A DNA stretch of 63,880 bases, counting the filler, from Octopus bimaculoides (taxonomy: Eukaryota): assembly GCF_001194135.2 (NCBI RefSeq). It is 6 parts of 5 records of this genome, joined end to end, with 100 filler letters (N's around TTAATTAATTAA, not from the genome) between each part and the next. Parts side by side here need not be neighbours in the genome. Positions count along the whole stretch, not along the records: positions 1 to 7,756 come from NC_068990.1; positions 7,857 to 29,932 come from NC_068982.1; 4 more parts are not named here. One strand, given 5' to 3'. The stretch's first letter is position 1. Every line of letters begins with the position of its first letter. The position numbers and the translations under genes are program-made. This document shows positions 1 to 12,350 of the stretch, piece after piece. The notes under the pieces were generated by a model. The model had not been told where the DNA came from and made no database searches. It was given only the letters and a program-made list of their open reading frames with translations.

Positions 1-268
1 ATATATATATATATATATGAGAAGCTTACTTCCCAATCACATGGTTCTGGGTTCAGCCCCACTGTGAAGCACTTTGGACAAGTGTCTTTTATAGGCATAT
101 ATATGTATGTATGTATGTGTATATATATATATATATATACATACATACATATATATGCCTATATATATATATCACATTATCATCATCATAATCATCATTT
201 AACATCTGTGTTCTATTCTAGCATGGGTGGGATACACACACATAGACATACACACACACATATATATA

Positions 269-2329
269 CAGAGGTGGACACCGTTAATCGAAAAGTTAAC
301 TTTGTTAATTGTTAATTCTTTGAAAATGTAACAAAAGTTAACATTAATCCATTAACGTTAACTTTCATTGAAAAAAATCACAACTACAGTTTAATAGCAA
401 GTTTGTTGCTCCATAACTTCCAGAAAAATGGATACTTTTTAACAAAACTTATATCCTGTAAATTGAGTATATATAAAGATTTGTTCGAAAAATTTCAGAG
501 GGGTTAGGGAGAGGAGTTTTGGAAAATTCATAGAACCTGACATTTTCCCCCTCATGACTTTCTGGAAAATAGGTATTTTCTCAGGACATTCTATACAAAT
601 ACCTTTCAAACAGTGTAGATTACGATTACAAAGAAATTTGTTGGCAAAATGTTTGGAAGGGGGTGGTGGGGAGGAGTTTCTGGAAATTGGAGTTTCGGAT
701 CAGACAGCCCACATAGTTTGGAATTTCTCTATTTTGACAAGGATTTTTCCAGTGTCTTTCACCAAGATCTTCAGAATGACGGGAGGCATCTTTTCACGGA
801 AAAGAAAGAAAAATATTTTGAAAACTTCTTTTTCACTCCTGCCAACCCCTCATCACCCCAGTCTGAAATGATTTGGGCCTTTTTTCTTTTCACTATGCAC
901 TTAAAACCCATGAGAGAAACATTTTCAGTTTTAAAAAAATTGTTAATAATTTCAGTGGAAAATGTGTGATTTAAGGGAGATCTAGCTGTTGTTTCTAGCA
1001 CACCCCAAAACCTCCAACCTCATTTCTTTCTCATTAACACATCTATTGATATTTTTCAATATTTTTCTCCCCATAAACAAATTTTATGGAATGATGATGT
1101 CAAAGTAGCACACATGTAGTCCCAACCAAGCGAGGCCATGTTATGTGTGTGTGTAAGAAAAAAACACCTGAAAACATCTATAGTGTTCATATTAATCTGT
1201 CAAATGTAATGCTTATTTGTTCATGTTATTTTGAATTATTCAGGTTCAAGATGGGTGTCCACAATATTTCCTTGTAACTTAGTAAATTTTTTACATAGAT
1301 TTGAAATTTTGTCAGTGGGTGCTTTATATACCACTGGTTTATAGCTATGTAATTTTAGCTTTGACTTTTATGGGCAGGTAAATTTAATTAATAGATGTGA
1401 AAGCAATAACAATATGGATAAACACTAAAGTTGAAATTTTTAATGCATCTTACCTGTTTGATTTGTTACTAAAATTATCCCAGATGGCAACCGACAAAAA
1501 TTTTACCACTTTTCAAGATGAGGCACATTAATTTGAATTAATTAGAATACAGGTATAATAGGTACAAGATTTTATTCTTTTGGTAAATATTTCATACCTT
1601 GTATGGAATAATTTTTTCACTGTGTTTTTCAGGTGCATTCAAAGTATCTGACCTCCAAACCCACCACAAGGCACTTTTTTCTGGAAAAGATAGATGAGAT
1701 GGGTGGTGGGGACTGTTCCCTCTTAACAGGACAAAGAAATTTCCCACTATCTTTGCAAGCAACAAGCAGGTGGATTTGGTTTCAAATCCAGGCAGGGCCA
1801 AACGAGGTCCTATATGTTATTTATAAGTGGCATTTTTATTATAAAGGCAGAGAGCTGGTAGAAACATTAGCACTCTGGGTGGAATGCTTAACAATATTTC
1901 GTCTGTCTTTACATTCTGAGTTCAAATTCCGCAGTGGTTGACTTTGCCTTTCATCCTCTTGGGATCAATAAATTAAGTACCAGTTGCATATTGGGGTCAA
2001 TCTAATCAACTGGCCCCTTCCCCAATAACTTTGAGCCTTGTGCCTAAAGTAGAAAAGAATAATAAGTGGAGTTATACCGGGGTTGAAAGAATGACACTTA
2101 CAATACTATATATACTAAGACAATCTGGAAACAATAGACACTTTTAAATGTTCATTAGTTTTTATAAAATCTTGGGGTTAACGGGCTTGAATTAACAGAA
2201 GCTAAATGTAATGGAAGTTAATTAGTCCGATAATGATTTTGAAAGTAAACTTAAAAGTTAAATCGTTAACGAAAATGTTAACTTCATTAATTAATGATTA
2301 ATGGATTCACAGACTTACACCCAGCTCCG
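269..2329. mobile_element. hAT-like non-autonomous element with nested insertions
   Basis: Left end CAGAGGTGG, right end CCAGCTCCG (imperfect TIR); subterminal GTTAAC-rich arrays at both ends; TATATATA flanks on both sides, not diagnostic inside (TA)n. Confidence 0.55.
1180..1594 (+). repeat. Copy 1 of a ~415-bp piggyBac-MITE-related segment
   Basis: Collinear with 6975-7384 (tagtgttca.attaat.tgtcaa...ggtacaagattttattcttt). Confidence 0.8.
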
Positions 2330-2497
2330 TATATATATATATATGTATATACTAGCTGGTGTACCCGGTAATTCCCGGGGGTAAAACTGTTCTATTGAAA
2401 CACCTTATTACTCTGATATAAGAAAGCAATTTCGTTATAACTGCCAGAAAAAGTGTATTTTCCATCATGAAAACATACAAAAACTGTCAGCTAGAAG

Positions 2498-2705
2498 AGG
2501 GAGAGATTGTCGGAGGTTTGTGAGAGTGGTTTTTGGAGGTTGTCTAAAGGGGTTGTTGGAGGTTGTCGAGAAAGGTTTTTGGAGGTTGGTGAGAGAAATT
2601 GTTAGAGGTTGACGAGAGAGATTGTCAGAGGTTGTTGAGAGAAGTTTTTAGAGGCTGGTTGGCGAGAGAGGCTGTCGTAGGTTGGCAAGAGAGGTTGTCT
2701 GACGG
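2498..2705. repeat. Degenerate ~20-bp purine-rich minisatellite inside the Helitron
   Basis: Repeated gaggttgt(c/t)gagaga-like units. Confidence 0.7.
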
Positions 2706-2869
2706 AGAGGCATCTTTGTTCCAAAATTTCATTCTTGTAGGGTTTCGTGATACACAATATTTTGGGTTTTGCCGTTGGGTGCATAGATGAATAAATTTTC
2801 TGGATTTCCAACTCTAGAGCATTCAACATAGAGCTGTCCGTGAGAAAAAGCAGGTTCTGCAAGATTAAG

Positions 2870-3170
2870 GCCCACCACTTCCAATGTCTGACCTTTTTGC
2901 TTTGTTGATGCTCATTGCAAAGCTTAATCTCAGTGGGAAATGTAATATTTTGAAATCAATTTGTGTGTCAGAAGGAATCAGAGGAATCTTTAGAATGAAA
3001 ACAACTTTACCATTTGCTTTCCCTGTCAGTATTGTTCTTCCAACACTGTCTGCATCAGTTATTTTGATAATAAGTCTTGTGCCTTTGCATAATTTGGAGG
3101 GAACGAGGTTTCTTAAAAGCATAACTGGGGCTCCAACCTTTAGAGGCAATTCATGGTAGACCTGAAGGTG
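2870..3170 (-). pseudogene. Helitron PIF1-type helicase C-terminal remnant
   Basis: HELPLKVGAPVMLLRNL...LCKGTRL...FPLRLSFAMSINKAK matches Helitron helicase motifs, with substitutions in conserved positions. Confidence 0.9.
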
Positions 3171-4995
3171 CAAGGCTATTGAGGAATTCAACGGGGTTAT
3201 GAACAGCATCATTGATGTGGAGCACAGTATCAATTGACTTGTATGTTTGACATCAGAGTTGTGGGAATTCATAGTATAATGAAATTTAATTGAAAACCTT
3301 GCATGCATTGGCAGCATTTAGTTACAGCATTTAGTTATTTGGAGATGTTGAAAAAATGTCTATTAATACAATGTGCAAATTAATTACAGCAATATGTGTA
3401 TAACTGTTTAGATATTGAATTAGAATAGACAAAGAATAATTGTTTTATTTTGTAAATATGGAATATAATGAATCAGAGACTTACTTGAGCTCGCCATTGT
3501 CGCATTAGAGCAGCTTGGGAAGTAGAAGCACCCAGTTGTACTCTGACTCGTCGTGGCATTTTAAAGGTGAACTTTATGAAGGCTAATTTATTAAAGGTAA
3601 TATATGAATGTAGTATATATGTATAGAAATATATGAATGAAGTGTTAGAAGAAAGTGCATTAATAGTGTTCACACTCAATGGTGGTCACTGTCAGTAACT
3701 GCATTTATCTTACAGAGTTCTTGTTTTTATAACTATCAAAAAACAGCCAGAAGGATAGACATATTGTTGAGAACAAATGATTTCATTGGAGATTTATCTC
3801 CATTCCAGCCCCTGGTGGCCTAGAAGAGGTTAGAAGGGTCAAGGAAAGTTATACCTGCTGTCATTCATAGAAAAACTATTGTTTTATCGTGAGAAAAGAG
3901 CTGTTGAAGTGTTAAGTGAAATTTGGCAATCGAGGATCGAATCCATGCTATGCCTGCATGAAGCCACTACAAATCCGTTGTGGAAAAAAAATTTATCTAC
4001 TGTCATGGAGAAAATGTAACTGTAAAAATGCAGAATTATCGGAGTAATGGGCATTCAAAAAAGTATGTATGTATAGAAATGTATGAATGAAGAGATTCAA
4101 ATTAAGGAAGTGCAATAATAATGTTTAGCAGAGTAGTGGAATGCAGAATTAGCTCGGCTGATCATTGGTCCAAAGTAATCGAACATAAACAGTGAAATGG
4201 ATTATTTCCCTTGAGTGTTTAAAAAAAATATTCTGTAGGTGGTATAACTTATTTCCCTTGAGTGCTTAAAAGAAAAAATAGTTATATAAGAGAGATATAA
4301 AGGTTCCTTCCAGGGGCCGTATTATCATCAAAATCAATAAAACTATGTAGGAGTAGTTAGCTAACAAAGCCACAAACAAACACACACCGATTTTCCACAT
4401 ATGTAGTAGATATATAAATAGAGAGATTGTAGTGATGCTGATAATAAATATGAACAATGGGCAGAGGGGAAAAAACCCTTCAGAAGAATCTTAAAACCAT
4501 GGCTGTGAGGTTAAGGAACTTGCTTTGCAACCATGTGATTTCAGGTTCAGTCCCACTGCATGGTGCCTTGGTTAAATGTCTTCTGCTAGAGTCCTGGACT
4601 GACCAAAGCTTTACATGTGAACTAGGAAGACAAAAACAGTGTGTATGCATGTATGTATGTATGTATGTATGTATCTGTCTATCTATACACACACACATAT
4701 GATTATATAGGTGTTTAGGGTAAATACCAGTTGTTTCATCTTGAAGCACATCTGCTTATTCCATTATTACAATCAATATGTATCCATTATTACCGTTGCA
4801 TGTAAATCAAAATATACATTAAAATTAAGGATTATGGAAATATCATTTGAAGAGTTGTTGAATAAACAAAATAAGAAAATGGAAATTTGTAGGTATTATT
4901 TATTCTCCATTACCTGTGCTTCATTTTTTGATAGGAATCATAAGGATTTACATGTTATACAGATACGTAAGAAATTTCTTATTAGAGAAATCAGC

Positions 4996-5032
<37 letters not shown>

Positions 5033-5159
5033 NNNNNNNNNNNNNNNNNNNNNNNNNNNNNNNNNNNNNNNNNNNNNNNNNNNNNNNNNNNNNNNNNNNN
5101 NNNNNNNNNNNNNNNNNNNNNNNNNNNNNCATATATATATATATATATAATAATACAAA

Positions 5160-5420
5160 TAATACGTGAGTATATGCATATATATGTACATGTATGTACA
5201 TACCTACATCTACATGTATATATAGATGCATATCTGGGTACAGGACGTCACAAAAGAATGTGGACAAAATGAAAAACAGAACATAAATAAAGCACAGGAA
5301 ACAAACAGGCCACATAGAGAATATTTCCTTCATCAGCTGCCCCTATTTTAAACTAAGCGTTTCGAAGAATTGGGGCAGGACGCATGGTTAGAATAGTTCT
5401 TCCCGCGGAAACAAATTAAA
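5160..5420. repeat. Dispersed repeat also present at 56810-57010
   Basis: Shared catatctgggtaca.gacgt...ggccacatagagaa..ccttcatcagctgcc...gcgtttcgaagaatt. Confidence 0.75.
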
Positions 5421-6962
5421 TTAAATTTGTAATGCGGAGGAATAGTGGCAAACAGAAAACATAACAGGAAGACGAAACAGTGAAAATAAACAAGAAGGGC
5501 TGTAGGCCAGACATGAAAAAATATCTGTATACTGAACACTGTGATGTGACGAACTGGAGGGAGAAGAAAGTTTGTGCTAGCTTGGCAGTAGCCAAGAGAA
5601 GAAAGAGGGCAGTAGCCTGTCACATGTGACCAGTGAGGGGTAAAGAGAGAGAATAGTAGAGAGAGAAAAAAAGGGGGGGAAGTTGAACATAGCTGAGCAA
5701 CGAGACAGGGAGTAAGAGAGCGAGAAATAATAGTGAAGAGGAGAGGCAATGAACAACTGAAGGAAGAATGAGAGGGGGAGAAAGATAGAAAGATAGATAA
5801 AGTTGCATCAGAAAATAAAGTTATATATATATATATATATCTGTAAAAATATGTGACAATTATTCAGTAGCCATGATAAAACTCCGAGTTTCAGATGCCA
5901 GGGCAGAAACACACGCATATGCATGTATGTCATTATTCAATCTTTTTTCAAGATTTCTTGCCAATAGAGAAGGAGCCAGTTTCTAACCTTGATTCAAGGC
6001 TCCTTTGCTGGAATTTCAACATCAACAAGTTAGTTTTGTACGTCTGTATGTGTATATGCAGGTTTGTTTGTTTTGTTTCATGTATGTATTCTCATGCATG
6101 TACTTACATGTCTGCCTATCTGTCTGTCTGTCTGTATGTATATGAATATGTGTATCTCTTTGTGTTGTCCCACCACCGGCACCACTTGAAAACTGGTGTT
6201 TGTTTGTGTCTCTATAGCTTAGCTGCTCAGTAAAAGAGTCTGATAAAATAAGTAGCAAACTTAAAAAATAATACTGCAGGCAATTTGTTCAACTAAATTC
6301 TTCAAGCTGGTGCCCCATCATGGCTATGGTCTAATGACAACTAAAAGATAAATGATATCAAGTGTCATTATATAACATATAGTGAGTTAAAAAGAAAAAA
6401 AAACTTTGATAAAGCGAGATTACCAATGCAGTTGGTAAACAAAACAAAAAAATATCTCCCTCTAAAATCTAAAAGATAACAAGCAAAGACAATTACTACA
6501 ATAAAATCAACTAACATAAATTTTTTGAAAAATTCTGAACATCAACATTGCTTGCTGTATTTTCCTTTAGATAAATTGTGATATTCATAATCAGCAACAT
6601 GTAATGTTGGTGCCATGCTAAAACACCCTGACTGTGCTCTGTGAAGGAACTGTTAGCAAGAAGAGCATGCAGCCATAGAAATCATATAAAAAGATGTAAC
6701 CTTCAAGTAAAACAGTCTCCAAGTCATCTTGGATAGCAATAAGTTTGAAGAAAAATTGGTGTAGCTTGCAAGCACTTCTGTAACTCATGCCTCTGAGAGT
6801 AGATTCAATGAATATCACATGGTAGAATTTATTATTGCCAAACCATAAAGTTTCTTTGCCTTGCTTTTTTTTCTTTTTTCTAATATGATAACAAATTGTG
6901 AGGTGATACTTGACTCACAAATGAGCTTGTTTTCAAATTTGAGAAGACACATGAAACACAAC

Positions 6963-7384
6963 TTAACCCTTTAGTGTTCAGATTAATTTGTCAAGTGTAA
7001 TGCTTATCTGTTCACATTAATTTTGATTTATTCAGGTTCAAGTGGGGTGTCCACAATATTTGCTTGTAACTTTGTTAATTTTCAACATACAGATTGAAAT
7101 ATATGCCAGTGGTTTATAGTTACGTAATTTTAGCTGATCTTTCTGATTAAATTTGACTTTTATGGGCAGGTAAATTTAATTAACAAGTGTAAAAACAATA
7201 ACATTATGAATAAACACTAAAATTAATATTCTTAATATATCTTACCTATTTGATTTGTTACTAAAATTATCCCAGATGTCAACTGCCAACAATTTTACAT
7301 TTTTCAGGATGAGGTACATTAATTTGAATTAATTAAAATACAGGTGTAATCGGTACAAGATTTTATTCTTTCTCTATATTTCAT
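6963..7384 (+). mobile_element. Copy 2 of the ~415-bp segment, starting at TTAA-CCCTTTAG (piggyBac-like left end)
   Basis: Left end shared with the MITEs at 11831 and 19775; no right TIR found. Confidence 0.7.
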
Positions 7385-7856
7385 TCAAACATTTTTATTG
7401 AAAATAAAGTACAAAACTCTTTTACTAGTCAATATACCATTGGCTGTGTACTCTTATACAATTTAATGAATTCATTTGCGTAACAGAATGCATCTAACAT
7501 AAAAGCTCATTAACAGGTGAGACAAAGGTGATGAATTATTTATGTGATCCTAAGCACACAAAATACAACTTATCTCGTCGCAAGTTCACATCAAACTACA
7601 TCGAAGTTTCAAATGTCTAATAAGTATGCATTGCATGCACAAGGGACAGACTGAAGTTAGCTACTTATTTGAGTGCTTGAAGATTAGTATCGACAAAAAC
7701 CGAATGGACTTTTTGGCCAACTATATATGCGCAATATATATATATGCATGATATATNNNNNNNNNNNNNNNNNNNNNNNNNNNNNNNNNNNNNNNNNNNN
7801 TTAATTAATTAANNNNNNNNNNNNNNNNNNNNNNNNNNNNNNNNNNNNNNNNNNNN

Positions 7857-8044
7857 AGGGCATAACTATACAAGAATGCCTCAGTTAAGATGAGGCATTC
7901 TTGTATAGTTATGCCCTTATTTATATATAATTATAATTACCTATATAATTACAGAATAATTTGTAAAATTTATATATAGATATAGATACATATAAAGCAC
8001 GATTTATTTGTGATCAGAGGCATTCGTAATCCGAGGTACCACTG
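7857..8044. mobile_element. Right part of a pogo/Tigger-like MITE
   Basis: Ends TTCGTAATCCGAGGTACCACTG-TA, the reverse complement of a CAGTGGTACCTCGG-type TIR with TA target; left end not seen, probably in the gap. Confidence 0.6.
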
Positions 8045-8278
8045 TATATGTATTCTCTTTCGATTGCACACGAGCTAGTTGCAGGTACCCTAGTGTGAAA
8101 AGCCGGTTGTCTCTTATTCGCTGTTGGGTCTAAAAGGCACTCAGAGTTATTCCCCTTCTGAGAGTTACACCGTCATAAGGTGCTTGTCCCGCCTTGGACA
8201 AATTGTTATAAATTCCACTGGCTTGGATGAAAAGTTTTCATTCTTTTGTGTATTTATGTCTGAACGAGGTTATCGGAT

Positions 8279-8689
8279 ATGGCCACGTCTAGCAGAGAAA
8301 CAGCATTAATCAAGAATTCGTTGATAATTCTACTGCAGGCCATTGTCGGTAAACAAACAACGGTGGATTTGAGGAATGAAAACAGTGTGGAAGGATTACT
8401 TCTTCATGTCGATGCCTTCATGAATTTAACTCTGGAAGACGTCCGTTACATCAGTGCCAACGATAAAGTTGGTGATAAATATTTCGATAAATTGTTTATA
8501 CAGGGTCGTGAGGTGAGGTTTGTACATATCCCTGACGATGTTGATATCATTTCATCCATCAGTCAACAGTTAAACCTTAAAAAAGATTACCAAATGAAAC
8601 GAGCCAAAGAGATGAACAGAATTGTGAAAAGTAAGATGAAGCGAAAAGAGAGAGAATTTCGTCGTCAAGAGAAGAAAGGCTTGACGTAG
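8279..8689 (+). CDS. LSM10: U7 snRNA-associated Sm-like protein LSm10, 136 aa, CDS in one exon
   Basis: ORF MATSSRETALIKNSLIILLQAIVGKQTTVDLRNENSVEGLLLHVDAFMNLTL...LFIQGREVRFVHIPDDVDI carries Sm1/Sm2 motifs and closely resembles vertebrate LSM10 as recalled (NSLIILLQ..TTVDLR..NVDAFMN..GRNVRYVHIPDDV), plus a basic C-terminal tail. Confidence 0.96.
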   Translation: MATSSRETALIKNSLIILLQAIVGKQTTVDLRNENSVEGLLLHVDAFMNLTLEDVRYISANDKVGDKYFDKLFIQGREVRFVHIPDDVDIISSISQQLNLKKDYQMKRAKEMNRIVKSKMKRKEREFRRQEKKGLT

Positions 8690-8976
8690 TTTTTTCCCCC
8701 CATTATTCCTCATAAACACCAGTAAATAGATTGTATTAAGTGAGATGCTTTACATACAGGTAACTCTGAAGTTTTGTCTACAAACCCTAACACCAGTTTG
8801 GTATCATGCTTAAGACTACGGCTTGTTAACTGGACCATTTAAATATTTATGGCAATTCATTATCTTCTACAATCTTTAATTTAATTCTGAATAATGTTTT
8901 CAATTATTAGAGTTTGAAAAAAAGAAATGCCAAAAGTATCCTAAATTTACATCTTTCTAAGCCGCAGGGGTATATG

Positions 8977-8982
8977 AATAAA
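8977..8982 (+). promoter_or_regulatory. Candidate polyadenylation signal for LSM10
   Basis: AATAAA about 290 nt downstream of the stop codon; no transcript evidence. Confidence 0.3.
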
Positions 8983-11469
8983 TGTCCTGGATGTTTACAC
9001 TGTATATGAATATAAATAATCGACCCCAGAGCAATTCATGTTCACAATTTTTGGTAAATATGTCGAATATGTACACCAACAACCACATGTCATACAAAAC
9101 AGAAGGGGCCACAAAAAGAAAATGACACGCTACATTTACCTTAATGTATAAATCATTATTTTACATAACTGACTACTAATATTAATTAAATTGAGTCAAT
9201 CACTGTTTTATTTTAAAAGGTGGGGGGGACCTGTGAGTACTAAGACTAATTAAACTGTCTTAATTACCGTTTTATAGTTTATATTATAAACAATTAAACG
9301 TCATCCTTTAGAATTTTCAAAGACATTCGGTGAGTCCAGCATGTCGTTTCTTTGTGGTCCCATCTGTTTTGTATCAATGGTCGTTGTTCACTTGTATTTT
9401 CGGCAACTTTAACTTTCATTTTAGAAATATTATTTATCAAAAGTACAGAATACTCCGATTATGTTTGTGCTTAGAAGTGTTAACGGATAGACAATTCAGT
9501 TTAAATTATCTTTCTTCGGGGGGGGGGGGGTCTCTATTTCTGGCGCCTTTTTTTCTGTTCACAATTCTATTTCTAAATTTTATTCCTTCATGCGCCCACA
9601 TCTGATTTTAAAGATGTTCCTCTAATGTTTGTATAGTCACATATTAACCCTGATTAAACTGATCAGCGCTGCTCCCCCCTCCACCTTTTTTTTTCATACC
9701 AGTCTATAAGGGGATCACATAATCTTATGTTGTCTTTCCTTAAGACTGGAGTTATTTGAGGGACGTTTTGGCAAAGCAGTGATGGACTGTGAGAGAAATA
9801 TTGAAAATTAAAGCGATAATGACCGCGTTCCTTTAAATGTTTTGTTTAAACTAACTTAAGAATGGTATTTTCAAAACTGTTTGCCATATCTATGAAATGG
9901 TCCCTGCCACTTTGTCTAAATATACTTGTATGTATTTATTCCATTCACCACTATAAATCACCAAATTGGTAGAAGCATCTGAGCAACTGATAGAATACTT
10001 GGCGGTATTCGTGCTGACTCCACTTCGGGTTGAAATCTTGATGAGGTCGACTTTGTCTTTCATTTCTTCGATTCTTCTTTCTCTTTGGATCGTGTCTGAG
10101 AATCAAACTTCAGGACTTGACCCACTGTGCCACGCCGATATCGCCTGAGAATTGCATGTAAGGTAAATCTGTATGTAGAATAATACTCAGTCCCACGTTG
10201 ATTTAGCGGGTAGGAAGAAATTCGTAACTGGCGAAAATTCCACCGTAAATAAACCGTGGGTTATAAAACATCTTACAACTTAACAGTTGTTCTTCCCTGC
10301 AAACATCATTGCTTTACACGTTTGTGTATATGGAATTGTATATTAACAGCTATCAATGAACTTGAACTCACGACTACGAAACGCATCAAAAATTTCAATT
10401 AATATTTTTATTAAAATGTCTATTTCTTTTTTAGTGTTTGTGATTATTCTGTACTTATTTGTTCAACTTCATATCAGTCCATATCCGGCAGATCTATGAT
10501 AAAGGACAGTCCTATTTTTCCTTTCAAGCAACCATAGTGTCTTCTTATCCTTCCATTTTTAAGACGGCACCGCCGGGCAAAAGGCTTCGAGGTATTTCTT
10601 CCCTCTCTTTTACGTTTTGAGTTCAAATTCCACCAAGGTCGACTTTACCTTTCATCCTTTTGGGATCGATAAAACGAGTCCTAGTTCCATGTTGGGGTTG
10701 ATGTAATCGGCTTCTCACCTTAAAATTGCTAACCTTGCGCCAAAATTGGAAAGATTGCATTTGGTAACTTTTGGAAAAGTTTCGCTGTTATTTCCAGTAT
10801 GTCGTGCTGGGTGTTGTGATGGCGAAATTTCAATGGTTCCTGCTTTTAAGCAAATAAACTTTATTTACAACACTTACGTCCTTGAAATGTCTCAACCTCT
10901 CATTTAATGTGTATACCAGGGGTTGGCAAAGTGGTCAGTATTGGCCGCTCGGGGTCTCTCTGGCTATTCAAGGGGGTCGATATTCCAACTATATCAATTT
11001 GATTCAACTTCTGTTGTTCATAATCAATTTCATTAGATTTCTTTAAATATTTATTCATTTAAAAGTCGAAATGATACAAAAGAACAATGGGAAAATTGTT
11101 TTTAAATCAAAAAGTTTTGTATTAGCTATACTTTTTATTTTTATTTTAGAAATTTACCTGATTGGAGTCGATAACTTACAAATGATACCATGGAAGGGTC
11201 AATGATATAAAAAGTTTACCAACCCCAGGAGTAAACACTATCAAGAACAAAAATTAAATATCTAAAACCAAGACTCATAAGTATAATGGTTGAAGTGGTC
11301 ATGTGGTACATTTTTATCCCTTATTGACTTAATCAAAATCAACAGTGAACTTTTACTAAAAGTCAAGGTTTGTGGTGATGGTGTTAAACCTGACAACAGA
11401 TGAAGTCAGTAGCACTCCCTAGGGGGCGCTAGGGGTTTAGAGGAGGGAGATTTTTGTTTCCCAATACTC

Positions 11470-11822
11470 TTTTGCTTGTTTCAGTCATTTCACTGCGGCC
11501 ATGCTGGAGCACCGCCTTTAGTCGAGCAAATCTACCCCAGGACTTATTCTTTGTAAGCCTAGTACTTATTCTATCGATCACTTTTGCCGAACTGCTAAGT
11601 TACAGGATCGTAAACACGCCAGCATCGGTTGTCAAGCGATGTTGTGGGGACAAACACATATATACATATATACGACGGGCTTCTTTCAGTTTCCCTCTAC
11701 CAAATCCACTCAGAAGGCTTTGGTCGGCCCAAGGATATAGTAGAAGACACTTGCCCAAGGTGCCACGCAGTGGAACTGAACCCGTAACCATGTGGTTGGT
11801 AAGCAAGCTACTTACCACACAG
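11470..11822 (-). mobile_element. tRNA-derived CORE-like SINE (octopus OR2-like), near full length
   Basis: tRNA-like head (ggttcagttcc B-box), CORE-like gcaccttgggcaagtgtcttct, internal (TA/TG)n, 3' tail ...ctccagcatggccgcagt. Confidence 0.8.
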
Positions 11823-11830
11823 ACATTTAA

Positions 11831-12033
11831 CCCTGAAGCATTCAGATTACTCTGTCAAATGTAATGTCCATTTATTCTCATTCTTTTCAATTAATCTTGC
11901 ATTATCTCATAGCTTCAATAGTTCACTAATGAGATCGTTTATTTTTAGAATAACGATATGGGATATGTGTGAGTTTGATCATAAAACAGGTAGAATATTT
12001 GGGTCAGATATGACCTATTTAAATGCTAAAGAG
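11831..12033. mobile_element. piggyBac-like MITE
   Basis: TTAA on both sides (11827-11830, 12034-12037); TIR CCCTGAAGCATT / AATGCTAAAGAG. Confidence 0.8.
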
Positions 12034-12350
12034 TTAAACCAGATACACCACTTACAGTTTGAATAGGTTTTCAAAAAATCTCTTTGTTAGCATTTGAATA
12101 GGGCATTGTGTAACCAGTGAGCAGAAATTTAACTGATATACCATGGGCCAATAAAATTAATTTAATATGCTCTTGCCTTATTTAATACTTTCCATAAAAA
12201 TTTATTATCAAAACCAACACAAATGTCTTGACAGAGACACTCTGGATGGGAGAGTATAAGAGAATTTGTACAATAAACCTCTGCACAACGAAATTATCTG
12301 TTGTGTGATTTAAACAACATTTATGATTCTTATTCTTCTTATTATTATTA

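Larger units (their letters stand above)
2352..4410 (-). mobile_element. Internally deleted Helitron with both termini
   Basis: 3' CTAG (2355-2352) followed by T; hairpin CCCGG/CCGGG (2364-2379) 8 nt inside; 5' A|TCTACTAC... at 4410 (alternatively 4426) followed by a GTTTGTTTGT...GATTTTGATGA motif; PIF1 helicase remnants inside. Confidence 0.85.

Noticed and set aside
748-785. Minus-strand CTGAAGA-TCTTGGT-GAAA
   Set aside because: No workable helix II, no NUH site and no helix I.
1633-1830. Exon-like segment after an acceptor, containing DGWWGLFP (SH3-like) and an in-frame TGA
   Set aside because: Lies inside the hAT-like element, the SH3 spacing is wrong, and no SECIS or homolog was recognised.
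1846-1940. tRNA-like A/B-box sequences
   Set aside because: They are SINE heads that continue into the SINE body; no true tRNA gene was found.
6571-6850. Acceptor at 6570 and minus-strand 66-aa ORF 6618-6818
   Set aside because: All three + frames stop within 17 codons and the minus ORF has no recognisable family. A terminal exon is possible but unsupported.
7801-7812. TTAATTAATTAA islands inside N runs (also 29977-29988, 47455-47466, 51839-51850, 61306-61317)
   Set aside because: Each sits in a fixed-length N spacer (44 N + 12 nt + 44 N where counted) and gives stops in all six frames. It is a contig-joining artefact, not biology.
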